Assembly (NCBI GenBank): GCA_951406725.2
Contig: OX597819.1
Span: 11,284,001 to 11,348,000, forward strand
Reading direction: 5' to 3'
DNA: 64,000 bases
DNA from: Octopus vulgaris
Lineage: Eukaryota
Shown: piece after piece, positions 13,441 to 26,436 of the stretch
How positions within the stretch are numbered: position 1 is the first letter of the stretch
Layout of the letters: each line of letters opens with the position of its first letter
Position numbers and translations under genes: made by a program
The notes under the pieces: generated by a model
Seen by the model: only the letters and a program-made list of their open reading frames with translations
Told to the model about the DNA's origin: nothing
Database searches by the model: none

Positions 13441-14071
13441 TATATATTGACAAATACTTTTACTTATATATTGTCATTTTTAAACACTTGAATTAAAGTT
13501 CAACGTCGTCCCTGTTCATTTCTTCCCTAAACATTACCAGGAACTTTTGATGATTTGAGTAAAAAATACTCTATGTTCGGGGTTAATGCGCTGAATTCAA
13601 TGTTTCATGTAGGTGACCAGGCAACCCTTTGCACCAACCTGGAGATTGTGCAGCTGAGAAATTACGAAGTCGTGAAGCTTAGGTCAATTATTGTTACTCG
13701 CATCTCTTCAAGTTTACAATTCAAAAATTTGCCATTTGTCGTAAAATCTAAGCACTACTTTATGTTTGGGGACCTTCCCTGTTTATAAACATTAAAGTAC
13801 ACCAACCCATAAACACATACACAGACACTCACACACATATGTGTGTGTTTACACTGTACAGATATCATATATTTATATATATATATATATATACACATAC
13901 ATACAGATTATACGTACACATATGTGTGTGTTTACACACTACATATATCATATATGTATATCATATATGTATATCATATATATATATATCATATATATAC
14001 ATGTATATATATTTCTATATAGATGTATACATAAGCATATAACATATAAATATATACACATCCATATATAA

Positions 14072-14136
<65 letters not shown>

Positions 14137-14634
14137 CGCTCGTGTATGCAGACGCACGCACAACTATCCGTTTACTGTGTCCGGTTTCAATCCCAGTCCC
14201 GGCCCGCCTCTTTCTCTCTGTCACTCCTCCACATAATACATCATTCTCCTCTCTGTACCTCTCCCTCTCACCTTGCAAGTGATAGCCGGAACTTTATACA
14301 GCAGGTACTGCTAGACGTGACACCGCCTCTCTCCTCTCACATCCAGGTATCAATGTCGAGACTGGATACTTCGTCGCCCTCACCCCACCGTCACTTTAGT
14401 CTTTGTTTGGGTTGACTTTAATTCAGTGAAAACAGTCTCGGGTTACACGCGGAGGTAAGAGGAAGGGTCGGTGACCAGGGGTTAGGGTTTGGGGGAGGTA
14501 ATTCGAGAGGGAATAATCTTGAATTGATCCTGGGCGTAGCGGTGGGTGATGTATAAGTGGTTAATGTACATCTCCCTTATTATGTGCATGTGTGTGTGTG
14601 TGTGTGTATGCGTGCGTGTGTGCGTGTAAGAGGG

Positions 14635-14637
<3 letters not shown>

Positions 14638-14732
<95 letters not shown>

Positions 14733-14852
14733 AAGAGAGAGAGAGAGCAGAGAGAGAGAGCAAGAGAGAGAGAGAGCAAGAGAGAGAGAGAGCAAGAGAG
14801 AGAGAGCAAGAGAGAGAGAGAGCAAGAGAGAGAGAGCAAGAGAGAGAGAGAG

Positions 14853-14885
<33 letters not shown>

Positions 14886-14990
14886 AAGAGAGAGAGAGAG
14901 AGCAAGAGAGAGAGAGAGCAAGAGAGAGAGAGAGCAAGAGAGAGAGAGAGAGCAAGAGAGAGGGAGAGAGAGCAAGAGAGGGAGAGAGAG
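14638..14990. repeat. (GA)n with periodic GCAA interruptions
   Basis: Direct reading. Confidence 0.95.
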
Positions 14991-15260
14991 GGTAAGAAAG
15001 AGAAAGAGAGAGAGAATCAATTCAAAGAGATGTATATGTACACACGCATACTTACATTTACACAAACACAAAAGTAGAAAGCTTCCCCAGGTGGTGTTGT
15101 TAACTTAGTCACGGCCTGGGCCAATTTCGGCCGAGACTAACCCAAGGATCTCAGTATCTATAAATCTGATTTTACCAATATCATTTGTATATTAACATTT
15201 GCTCATCCTCTTCTTTAACGATATAAAGTCCAAATAAAACAAAGCCTGCATGAGTTTATA

Positions 15261-15654
15261 TACTCTCTCTTTTACTTGTTTCAGTCATTTGACTGCGGCC
15301 ATGCTGGAGCACCGCCTTTAGTCGAGCAACTCGACCCCGGGACTTATTCTTTGTAAGCCCAGTACTTATTCAGTACTAGCCGAACCGCTAAGTGACGGGG
15401 ACGTAAACACACCAGCATCGGTTGTCAAGCAATGCTAGGGGGACAAACACAGACACACAAACATATACACACACATACATATATATATATATACATATAT
15501 ACGACAGGCTTCTTTCAGTTTCCGTCTACCAAATCCACTCACAAGGCATTGGTCGGCCCGGGGCTATAGCAGAAGACACTTGCCCAAGATGCCACGCAGT
15601 GGGACTGAACCCGGAACCATGTGGTTGGTTAGCAAGCTACTTACCACACAGCCA
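15261..15654 (-). mobile_element. SINE family A
   Basis: Homology to the family A copies. Confidence 0.9.
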
Positions 15655-15746
15655 TGTATATACCTATATGTATATATATATTGATAAAAATGTTAAGACA
15701 ACAAGAAAGTGAAAGCGACCTCGATATTATGTAAATAGAGGAATTT

Positions 15747-15941
15747 ATCTGTAAATGTAATATGTGACAATTATTCGGTAACCATGATAAAACTCCGAGT
15801 TTCGGAGTTTTTTTTTTTTCATAGTATTTTTCCGATGGCCGGATAACTGGAGAGATGGCGGCGTGGATTTCCACTTCGGCATCCGAAACTCGGAGTTTTA
15901 TCATGGATACCGAATAATTGTCACATATTACATTTACAGAT
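15747..15941. repeat. Fold-back element with ~60-bp near-perfect inverted arms
   Basis: 15747-15806 versus 15882-15941; ends at (TA)n. Confidence 0.85.
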
Positions 15942-15974
15942 ATATATATATCTTTGGATCTTTCCTTTTCCTAT

Positions 15975-16009
15975 GTTTCTGACGAAGAGCTCCGCTCGAA
16001 ACATTAAAC
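15975..16009 (+). ncRNA. Minimal HHR motif in a P1-related module
   Basis: gttt-CTGACGA-a-gagc-tcc-gctc-GAAA-ca-TT-aaac. Confidence 0.7.
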
Positions 16010-16106
16010 CCGCCTTCTTTCCTTCTTTCCTGAGCGTCCAATAACACTATACTTGTTCCACGTCCTCGCGTTGTTGTGTTTTCTCTTTGTGTTTTCATGT
16101 TTGGAT

Positions 16107-16159
<53 letters not shown>

Positions 16160-16343
16160 GTAAATAAATGGTACAACGAAGTACCGATATTTACTGGAAA
16201 ATAGCGATCGTAATAAATACGACGCTATTGTATAGCTTCACTGCGTATATACTAGCAAAGACGTGTGTGTGCAACAAACATGAAAAAATTTTTTCTTACC
16301 TCTAAGAAGAACATCTGAAAAATGAAAAACCTAGAAACGGATA

Positions 16344-16414
16344 ATGCAAGACCGGTTTCAGACTCTTCAAATACGTTTGACAACGTAGATTTGATTTGTC
16401 CTCATCAGCTGCAT
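16344..16414 (-). ncRNA. Type I HHR motif with canonical core
   Basis: Reverse complement: atgcag-CTGATGA-ggac...gtct-GAAA-ccgg-TC-ttgcat. Confidence 0.85.
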
Positions 16415-16562
16415 ATACCTAGACAAAATTTCAAATGTTGCCACATCTATGCCAGTACACTCGTCTGAACGCCAAAACGTTAACAGAACGAGAACAGTGA
16501 AGAAGTTTCAATGAAAATAGTAATGTAATACGAAAGTATTGCTTTCCAGTAAAAGATAGCCG

Positions 16563-16593
<31 letters not shown>

Positions 16594-16817
16594 TATTGTT
16601 TCTTTGCAATTTAATTAATCATTGACATTTTATTGTTATTTTAATTTTAATATGTAATTTTCTAGATGGTGTTATTTAATTGTGAATTTTGAATTGATAA
16701 AAGGCGGCTTTTTTCTAATTTTTTATATATATTATTATATTGTGTGAAATTTGATTTAGTATTTCTAAATTGAATTTTTTTCCTTGCAAGTTTGGATTTT
16801 ATTTCCTCAAATAATAA

Positions 16818-16892
<75 letters not shown>

Positions 16893-17028
16893 GGAAATGA
16901 AGAAAATGCTGACAAATAATTGAAGTAATTTAAGTAATTTAATTAGGTGAAAGTTCTTTTTACCGGTTGCGCATTTGTTATGCTTATCAAAATATAAAAG
17001 AGAGTTCCTTTCTTATAGAATTTTTCCT

Positions 17029-17081
<53 letters not shown>

Positions 17082-17481
17082 TGGCGCAGGACCGGCTGTG
17101 TGGTAAGTAGCTTGCATCCCAACCACATGGTTCCGGGTTCATTCCCACTGCGTGGCACATTGGACAAGTGTCTTCTACTATAGCCTCAGGCCGACCAAAG
17201 CCTTGTCAGTGGATTTGGTAGACGGAAACTGAAGGAAGCCCGTCGTATATATGTATGTGTGTGTATATGTTTGTGTGTCTGTGTTTGTCCTCCCACCATC
17301 GCTTGACAACCGATGGTGATGTGTTTACGTCCCCGTAACCTAGCGGTTCGGCAAAAAAGTACGATAGAATAAGTACTAGGCTTACAATGATTAAGTCCTG
17401 GGGTCGATTTGGTCGGCTAAAGACAGTGCTCTAGCATGGCCGCAGTCAAATGACTAAAACAAGTAAAAGAGTAAAAAAGAG
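17082..17481 (+). mobile_element. SINE family A
   Basis: Homology to the family A copies. Confidence 0.9.
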
Positions 17482-17584
17482 CATATATATATATATATAC
17501 ACACACACATATATATGTGTGTGTGTATGTGTAATCGAAAAAATTGAAGTCAACAAGGAGTACGGTTGGGCATTTATGTTTTAA

Positions 17585-17688
17585 TCACTACAATTGTCTC
17601 CACGCGACGTAGTTCTCCAGGCATGTATGTACTTGATTATGTAGCTGTTTCCCTGCATTATGAGATTTGGTTGTGTTTCCTCAGGCGA
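17585..17688 (-). ncRNA. Degenerate HHR motif
   Basis: Reverse complement: tcgc-CTGAGGA...GAGA-caattg-TA-gtga. Confidence 0.5.
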
Positions 17689-17888
17689 TAAGTAGATATT
17701 GTCTCCGTAAGTTCAAAATCCTTGGCTTCAAGAATTTGAAGAGGATTTTTTTCATTTATCTTATTCTCACACGACAGATGCCCCAAATGCAAGCCAAGAA
17801 GAACGTATACTGGATAACACAGGGTGAAATCTGAAGGTGGACAAGCTTTATACTGTACTCTACTACGCCCTTAGCAGAAAACACCATA

Positions 17889-17957
<69 letters not shown>

Positions 17958-18109
17958 ACACATACACACACGCACACACACACACATACACACACACACA
18001 CATACACAAGCGCACGCGTATGTATATATGTATATTTATAAGGTTGACATCACCTCGATTTCAAACAACGATTTTCTCACTGGGGACACGTCCGTACAAG
18101 ACAACTGAC

Positions 18110-18510
18110 AACCCCAATTATTTAAGAGATGAGGAATTATGTACATCATTTACATTATTTGCATTTGACGGATATTTGTCCTCATCTTGTTTGTTGTTAA
18201 CACAACGTTTCGGCTGATATACCCTCCAGCCTTCATCAGGTGTCTTAGGGAAATTTCGAACCTGGGTTCTCATTCCTAAGGTATTTTTCGATACTCTTTT
18301 ACTCTATTTTACTCTTTTACTTGTTTCAGTCATTTGACTGCGGCCATGCTGGAGCACCGCCTTTAGTCCAGCAAATCGACCCCGGGACTTATTCTTTGTA
18401 AGCCCAGTACTTATTCTATCGGTCTCTTTTGCCGAACCGCTAAGTGACGGGGACGTAAGCACACCAGCATCGGTTGTCAAGCAATGCTAGGGGGACAAAC
18501 ACACACACAT

Positions 18511-18583
<73 letters not shown>

Positions 18584-18753
18584 TACGACAGGCTTCTTTC
18601 AGTTTCCGTCTACCAAATCCACTCACAAGGCATTGGTCGGCCCGGGGCTATAGCAGAAGACACTTGCCCAAGATGCCACGCAGTGGGACTGAACCCGGAA
18701 CCATGTGATTGGTTAGCAAGCTACTTACCACACAGCCACTCCTGCGCCTGTTA

Positions 18754-18791
<38 letters not shown>

Positions 18792-18945
18792 GTTATTTAG
18801 GTCACTTCTTGAAATTGAACTCGGAATCTTGGGATTAGTAGCCCGCACCCTTAACCACTACGCCATATGTCCGTGGGCATATGGCTTGGTGGTTAACAAC
18901 AAACAAGATGAGGACAAATATCCGTCAAATGTAAATAATGTAAAT
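18110..18945 (-). mobile_element. tRNA-headed element with an (AAT)n linker and HHR tail (18200-18243), interrupted by SINE A
   Basis: Head tggcgtagtggttaag...gagttcaatt at 18800-18865; HHR acac-CTGATGA-aggctg..cagcc-GAAA-cg-TT-gtgt; inverted partial copy at 18892-18942. Confidence 0.75.
18292..18749 (-). mobile_element. SINE family A, full length, nested
   Basis: Homology to the family A copies. Confidence 0.9.
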
Positions 18946-19255
18946 ATTGAACCCCAATTTTGTTTTAAATTATTTGTAACAGATGTTACACATAGTTTGG
19001 CCGAATAGTCTCACCAACAGCAATTCCGTCCTTGTGGCTTCGTCAAAAATAAATTTATCAACGCAATAGTAGACATTTCCAAAACACAGACAGCAGTGCT
19101 CCGCTGGTGTCGCTGGTGCCGCTGGAACGCTATGAAAATAAGCATCTCATGCTGGTCTTCCATTACGTGAACTTTGATGGCTGACAATTCGTGTTTAGAA
19201 AATGAAATTCGACCACACACTGGACAGGCAAAAATATTTCGAACCCCTCTGCAAT

Positions 19256-19649
19256 TTTTTTTTTTTTAGCACTCCGTCGGTTACGACGATGAGGGTTCCG
19301 GTTGATCCGACCAACGGAACAGCCTGCTCGTGAAATTAACGTTTAAGTGGCTGAGCACTCCACAGACACGTGTACCCTTAACGTAGTTCTCGGGGATATT
19401 CAGCGTGACACAGAGAGTGACAAGGCCGGCCCTTTGAAATGCAAGGTACAACAGAAACAGGAAGTAAGAGTGAGAGAAAGTTGTGGTGAAAGAGTACAGA
19501 AGGGATCACCACCATCCCCTGCCGGAGCCGCGTGGAGCTTTAGGTGTTTTCGCTCAATAAACACTCACAACGCCCGGTCTGGGAATCGAAACCGCGATCC
19601 TACGACCGCGAGTTCGCTGCCCTAACCACTGGGCCATTGCGCCTCCACT
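19256..19649 (-). mobile_element. SINE family B with poly(A) tail
   Basis: 13-bp TSD acccctctgcaat at 19243-19255 and 19650-19662. Confidence 0.95.
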
Positions 19650-19829
19650 ACCCCTCTGCAATACAGATACAACGTCCGGCAGTTTTCGGAAATTATATTT
19701 CACTATTTGATGGACAATTCCCAGACTGCAGGCTATTGTTCTTCGATAGAGACCACCGTTCAGTTATATTTTGTACTAGGTGTTCTCAATAAATAATGCT
19801 GATGTTACGTGATTTGAAGACAAACTATG

Positions 19830-20465
19830 TGAAGTGCAGAATTGATAAAAGACCTGAGAGCGACAAATGCAGAATACGTGGCGAGAGAATGTATGGCACA
19901 TTCTTAGTGAATGCCCGAAATTGGCACAACGCGAATATAAGAGGTGACATGACAATGTGGCAAGAATGATCCATTGGGAGCACTGTGGAAATAATGGCCT
20001 AGAAAAATCAAAGACGTAGAATGACAAAATCCCAGGTGTTACTGAGAATGAGGATTGCAAAATCATGTGAGATGCAATATTAACGTTTTTGCGGTGAACA
20101 GAAAAGAAAAATATGGCGCATGACAACAGGATCGAAGAGAAAGAACCAAAACTGAACAACTTTGATGAATTGGAATAGGAAATACACAGGATGTTGACAA
20201 TGAAGAGAGTGGACGTGATCCCATAGTGACTGGCGTGGTTGGAATCATCAGCACTCAGCTAACAACATGGCTGAAAAAGGTTGGTACAAATGTGAAGATA
20301 GAACATCTACAAAAATCAGTATTGCTTGGAACTGCAAGAATTCTCCGCAGCGTTGTTGATGTATGATCAGTGAACAAGTGTCACCTTGGTCTGCTGGCTG
20401 TGGACAGCTGACACTTTCCATCATATCCAGCGAAATAAGTTGAGGGTTTTCATCAAATAATAATA
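19830..20465 (+). pseudogene. R4/Dong-like LINE 3' fragment (zinc knuckle plus RLE)
   Basis: HILSECPKLAQREYKR*HDNVARMIHW...LQKSVLLGTARILR; ends in a short (AAT)n. Confidence 0.75.
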
Positions 20466-20729
20466 GTTCCAAATTTTGGCACAAGTCCAGCAATTTTGAT
20501 GGAGGGGAAAGTCGATAAGATCAATTCCAGTGTTCAGCTGGTTCTTATATTATCGATACCGAAAATATGAAAGAACAGAGGTCTCAGATGGAATTTCAAC
20601 GTAGAACGTAAAGGCGGACACCCAACCTTCATAATCACAGCAACAACAAAACAACACAACAATAATAATAAAACATTTTGTTTCGGGCTGTTGATGAAGG
20701 AATAGAACATAGAACATCTTGTTTCAGAA

Positions 20730-21414
20730 TGTTCTGTCACAACACCAAACGAATATTTAAAAAATCGCAACGATTGGGTAGGACCCTATTTACATTGGAA
20801 AATATGCAAGTGCTACGAATCGATACTTCTACTAACTGGTATGAACACCACCCTAGGCCAATGGTTGAAGGTAAAAATGTCACCATCCTCTGGGATTTTC
20901 CAGTCAACACTGACAAAACAATCTAGGCTAATCTACCAGACATGGTTATTAAAGGCTGGGAAGAAAATACTTGTGGACTGATAGATGTAAGTGTCCCCAA
21001 CGATAAAAAAAATATACCTGTAAACTAATTTGACAAACTCAGTAACTATAAGGAACTGGAAATTAAAATACAAAAGATGTGACATCTTAAAACAAATGCT
21101 GTTCCAGTTATTGTAGGTGCCTGAGGTATGATAAAGAAGGAACGTCAGAAACATCTAGACAACATCCCAGGTGAACCATGCCACTAAGTAACCCAAAAGA
21201 CTATCGACAAGTACCGTCCACATCCTTATAAAGACCCTATCAATTTAAATGCTTGTGTGGTATTGTATTATATGGATGTATTTCTGTACAGCCCTCTGCG
21301 TCTTCCCTCCTCAAGCTTTCAGTTATATTTCAACATGTCTTAACTTTCATTTGCGTTAGGGTGCTAAGTGTGTCCCGGCAAATGATTGCGTCAAACATGT
21401 ACATCAAAATAACA

Positions 21415-21420
<6 letters not shown>
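20730..21420 (+). pseudogene. R4/Dong-like LINE RLE fragment
   Basis: WYEHHPRPMVEGKNVTILWDFPVNTDKTI*ANLPD...LIDVSVP; followed by long (AAT)n. Confidence 0.75.
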
Positions 21421-21775
<355 letters not shown>

Positions 21776-21776
<1 letters not shown>

Positions 21777-22900
21777 TGAACTGTACAGACACTTGAGAAA
21801 AAGTGAGCTGCTATCCATTAAACAGAAAGGGTGCCGAAAAAGGAGCCGGAGACCGAAGGATCAGATCTTAATTCATAATCTAATTATCAGGAACTGCAAG
21901 AGAAGACATACAAACCTGAGCATGGCATGGATTGACTATCGCAAAGCATATGATATGATACCACACTTCTGGTTAATAACAACAATGGAAATGTATGGAA
22001 TAGCAGAGAATATGAGAAACCTTATATGGGATAGCATGAAATGATGGAGAACGGAATTGACAGCAGAGAAGCAAATATTAGGAGAGGTGAAAATCAAGAA
22101 AGGAATCTTCCAAGGGGACAGTGTGTCCCCACTGATATTCGTGCTGGGAATGGTACCCTTCAGTGAAGTTCTATAGAAAACAGAATTGGGATACGATTTG
22201 GGAAGAGATAAAGGAAAAACTAAACAACTTGATATTCAAGAGATAAGGGAAAACTAAACAACTTGATATTCATGGACGACCTGAAGTTATTCACAAAAAT
22301 TGTGGAAACACAAAACACCTCCAGTGCTTGAGAATGATCACATTTCACTCCCATGGAACTTCACCATTCAAACAGACAGAAAGATAAATGCAAATAGGCC
22401 AGGCATCATATTGAAGAACTTCAGACAAAAAGTATGCTTCCTCATTGATATGACTGTCCCAATCGATATAAACGTATCTGCCAAGACCTACCAAACACTG
22501 AACAAGTATAAAGATCTTGAAATAGAGATTATCAAAATGTGGAACCTGAAGACTAAAACAATACCTGTTGTCATAGGTGCCCTGGGAATGATAGCAAAAG
22601 GGGCGGGCTGATAGCTACCTAGCTCAGATACCAGGAAACCCCAAAATAGCAGAAATTCAAAAGGTACTGCTCATGGGAACTGCCCATATCTTACGTAAAA
22701 TACTGTCGATGCAATCTCAAATTTTAAAACACTCATAATTTTCTTACATTCTCTAGAACAACACTATGTATAAAACCAAGTATATGGCACCCTAGGCATA
22801 ACACCAACATGGACTTTTTGTTATCTCTTGAGGTCCCTGGGTGAGACTTGGAGCCAACTTCTACAAATACAAAGCAAAAGTCAAACATAAAATAATACTA
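21776..22900 (+). pseudogene. R4/Dong-like LINE: partial RT joined to the RLE domain
   Basis: [36 protein letters not shown], then NRPGII...LIDMTVP...KYKDL...PVVIGALG. Confidence 0.85.
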
Positions 22901-22994
22901 ATAAAATAATAATGATAGTTCAACCAATTTCACATGATATGGCACTCTTCTATTTATTTGTGTGTAACTCCTGGATGAGTTACCTCGGTCCTTA

Positions 22995-23215
22995 ATGATA
23001 ATAATTTTGTTGTTGGCATCCTTTTTGTTTCGGGAGACAATGGAGTTGCGCATAAAGTAGTCTAGTCCGGCTTTTACATTTCATGTCCTGATACATTTCC
23101 TGCTGTGGCTGTGTAGTCCTATCCTGGACAAACACTCCCTCTGGCAGGTACCGCAAATGTAGCGAAGACTGTTCCTGGCTGGTTGTAATGCCATAGTTTC
23201 TTGTTGACGTCTTTT
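22995..23215 (-). mobile_element. RTE-clade LINE 3' end
   Basis: Reverse complement encodes YICGTCQRECLSRIGLHSHSRKC; tail ...aaggatgccaacaacaa. Confidence 0.7.
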
Positions 23216-23339
23216 CTTGTCTTTCCATTTCTCCTCTCTCTCTCTCTCTCTCTCTCTGTCACTCTTTTGTATCCCCTCTTTTACGGTACGTCGCCAATCT
23301 CCACGGTTGCCGGCAACTGCCTCCCAACCGCTAATATTG

Positions 23340-23403
<64 letters not shown>

Positions 23404-23485
23404 TGATGATGATGATGATGATGATGATAATAATAATAAAAATAAAAATAAAAATAATAATAATAATAATAATAATAAAAATAAA

Positions 23486-23547
<62 letters not shown>

Positions 23548-23594
23548 TGATGATGATGATGATAATAATAATAATAATAAAAATAAAAAATAAA

Positions 23595-23636
<42 letters not shown>
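23340..23636. repeat. (AAT)n/(GAT)n microsatellite
   Basis: Direct reading. Confidence 0.95.
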
Positions 23637-24123
23637 TCCTGATTTAAGCACAGGCAATCAGTTTTGTGGGGAGGAGACTAATGGGCTGCTTCGATACCAG
23701 TATCTGACTGGTACTTTATTTAATCGACACCTAAAGATGAAAGGCAAAGTCAACCTTGGTGGAATTTGAACTCAGAATGTAGAGAGGAGCCCATTACACA
23801 GGACAATGCTAAATAAACACAGAAGCAACACACACTAATCACAAACAAGCACAAGAATGGTGACGTACCAATCTAACGGCTATAAATTCTAATTCAACAT
23901 CTATCATGTTATAAACACACTCCAACATTACTTCATTCTGAAGAGAGGACCACGACGATGTAGAAATCTCAATGATGGATTTAGAAAGTTTTGTGTTCCA
24001 AACACACCCTAAAGAAGCTATACGACAATAAATAAAAAGTTTGATAACAAAAAACATAAAACTGAAAACACGGCCATGTTTTCAGTCCATGTCGAAGAGT
24101 AAAGTTAAAGCGCATATCTAAAT

Positions 24124-24605
24124 ATGTGTGTATATGTGTGTGTGTGTATGTTTGTGTATGTGTATGTGTGTGCATGTTTGTGTGCATGTGTGTGTATGCT
24201 TATGTGTGTGTATATGTGTGTATATGTGTGTATGTTTGTGTGTGTGTATTTGTGTGTATATGTGTGTATGTGTGTGTATGTTTGTGTGTGTGTATGTTTG
24301 TGTGTGTGTATGTTTGTGTATGTGTATATGTGTGTATATGTGTGTATGTGTGTGTATGTTTGTGTATGTGTATATGTGTTGTATGTGAGTGTATGTGTGT
24401 GTATGTTTGTGTGTGTGTATATGTGTTGTATGTGAGTGTATGTGTTGTATGTTTATGTGTATGTGTGTATGCTTGTGTGCGTGTGTATCTGTGTGTATGT
24501 GTGTGTGTATGTTTGTGAGTATATGTGTGTGTATGTGTATATGCTTGTGTGTGCCTATGTGTGTGTATGTGTATGCGTGTGTGTGTATGTGTGTGTGTGT
24601 ATGTG
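24124..24605. repeat. Degenerate TG/TA microsatellite
   Basis: Direct reading. Confidence 0.9.
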
Positions 24606-25443
24606 TATTCTCTACTCCATGTTGAGTAATCTCTTCCTTTGTAACATAAGATTGTACACGCATACATACACATGCTTACACACACACATATACACGTACT
24701 TATATACATACACACTTACATAACATACACACACATATATATATGCAAGTATATATATATATATATACATCCATACACGTGCATAACTCTGCACATATTC
24801 AACGTAAATATATAACAATATATGTATTTAGGTCAGGGTAATATAACAGCTGTTGAAGCACCAGTAGTTGTGCTGATGGTGGTATTGGTGCTAGTAGTGA
24901 TAGTGGTGGAGGTGGTGGTGGTGGTGGTGGTGGGTGGTGGCGGTGGTAGTAGTTGTAGTAGTTGTTGTAGCTGTGCTTATTGTAGTAGTGGTGGTCGTGG
25001 TGGTGGTGGTAATCAATGTGATTGCATTGACAGTGGTGTTGGTTGCAGTGGTAGAGGTGATGGTGGTTGTGGTTACGGTTGTAGTAGTGTGTAATGATGT
25101 GTGGAGGTGGGGGCGTTTAGTAGTGATACTTTTTTCGATGGTGGTGGTGGTGGTGGTCATCGTAATAGTGGGAGTGTTAGGAATGATAATGGTGTTTATA
25201 AATAGAGGTGATTGTGGTATTGGTGGTGGTGGTGGTGGTGGTGGTGGTGGTAGTGGTGGTGGCGGTGGCGGTGGTGGTGGTGGTGGTTGTAGGGCGGTGG
25301 CTGTTGTAGTGTTCCCCATTAGAAATCTAATCTTTGCTGACTTAGTATCGGTTTGGCTAAAGACACACACACACCTTTATTCTACACGTAATGCTTGAAT
25401 GTTAGGCGACAGTGAAGGGACCAATCTCTAAACAATATTTCTT

Positions 25444-25676
25444 AAGGCGGCGAGCTGGCAGAAACGTTAGCACGCCGGGCGACCTGCGTAGCCGTATTTC
25501 GTCTGTCGTTACGTTCCGAGTTCAAATTCCGCCGAGGTCGACTTTGCCTTTCATCCTTTCGGGGTCGATAAATTAAGTACCAGTTACCCACTGGGGTCGA
25601 TGTAATCGACTTAATCCCTTTGTCTGTCCTTGTTTGTCCCCTCTGTGTTTAGCCCCTTGTGGGTAGTAAAGAAATA
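25444..25676 (+). mobile_element. SINE family C, full length
   Basis: aaggcggcgagctggcagaaacg...gggtagtaaagaaata. Confidence 0.92.
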
Positions 25677-25894
25677 AGTATATCGCAACCCCAGATGTGG
25701 TACTTTTGTCGAGGTTCGATCCCAAAATACATCTATTTACAATACTTAATCCCTGAGACACGTTACTATGACATCTCAGCCTCTTTATGCAATTGTCTCA
25801 TCGTCCCTAACCCCACTCACCCCCTCCTCATACCAGCTCAGCTCGATTGTGGTGATGGAGATGGTGATGGGATGTGGTTGCGGCGTGTTGTAGA

Positions 25895-26280
25895 GTGGAG
25901 GCGCATTGGCCCAGTGGTTAGGGCAGCGGACTTGCGATCGTAGGATCGCGGTTTCGGTTCCCAGACCGGGCGTTGTGAGTGTTTATTGAGCGAAAACACC
26001 TAAAATGCTCCACGAGGCTCCGGCAGGGGATGGTGGTGATCCCTGCTGTACTCTTTCACCACAACTTTCTCTCACTCTTACTTCCTGTTTCTGTTGTACC
26101 TCTATTTCAAAGGGCCGGCCTTGTCATTCTCTGTGTTACGCTGAATATCCCCGAGAACTACGTTAAGGGTACACGTGTCTGTGGAGTGCTCAGCCACTTA
26201 CACGTTAATTTCACGAGCAGGCTGTTCCGTTGATCGGATCAACCGGAGCCCTCGTCGTCGTAACCGACGGAATGTTTCCC
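25895..26280 (+). mobile_element. SINE family B
   Basis: gtggaggcgcattggcccagtggttagg...cgtaaccgacgg. Confidence 0.92.
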
Positions 26281-26436
26281 AGTTTATGTATGGTCCCATG
26301 ACAGCCCAGCTCCTATGAGATGCGGGAATACAGCCGAACGACGAAGCACGACTCATTGTTCCAATTCTTCTGTGTTCTCCCCCTCCTCCTCCTAACCGAC
26401 CACCAACTCGATACTCTAAAATGCAGTTATTAATAA

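Noticed and set aside
14478-14495. Telomeric TTAGGG
   Set aside because: Single copy, not an array.
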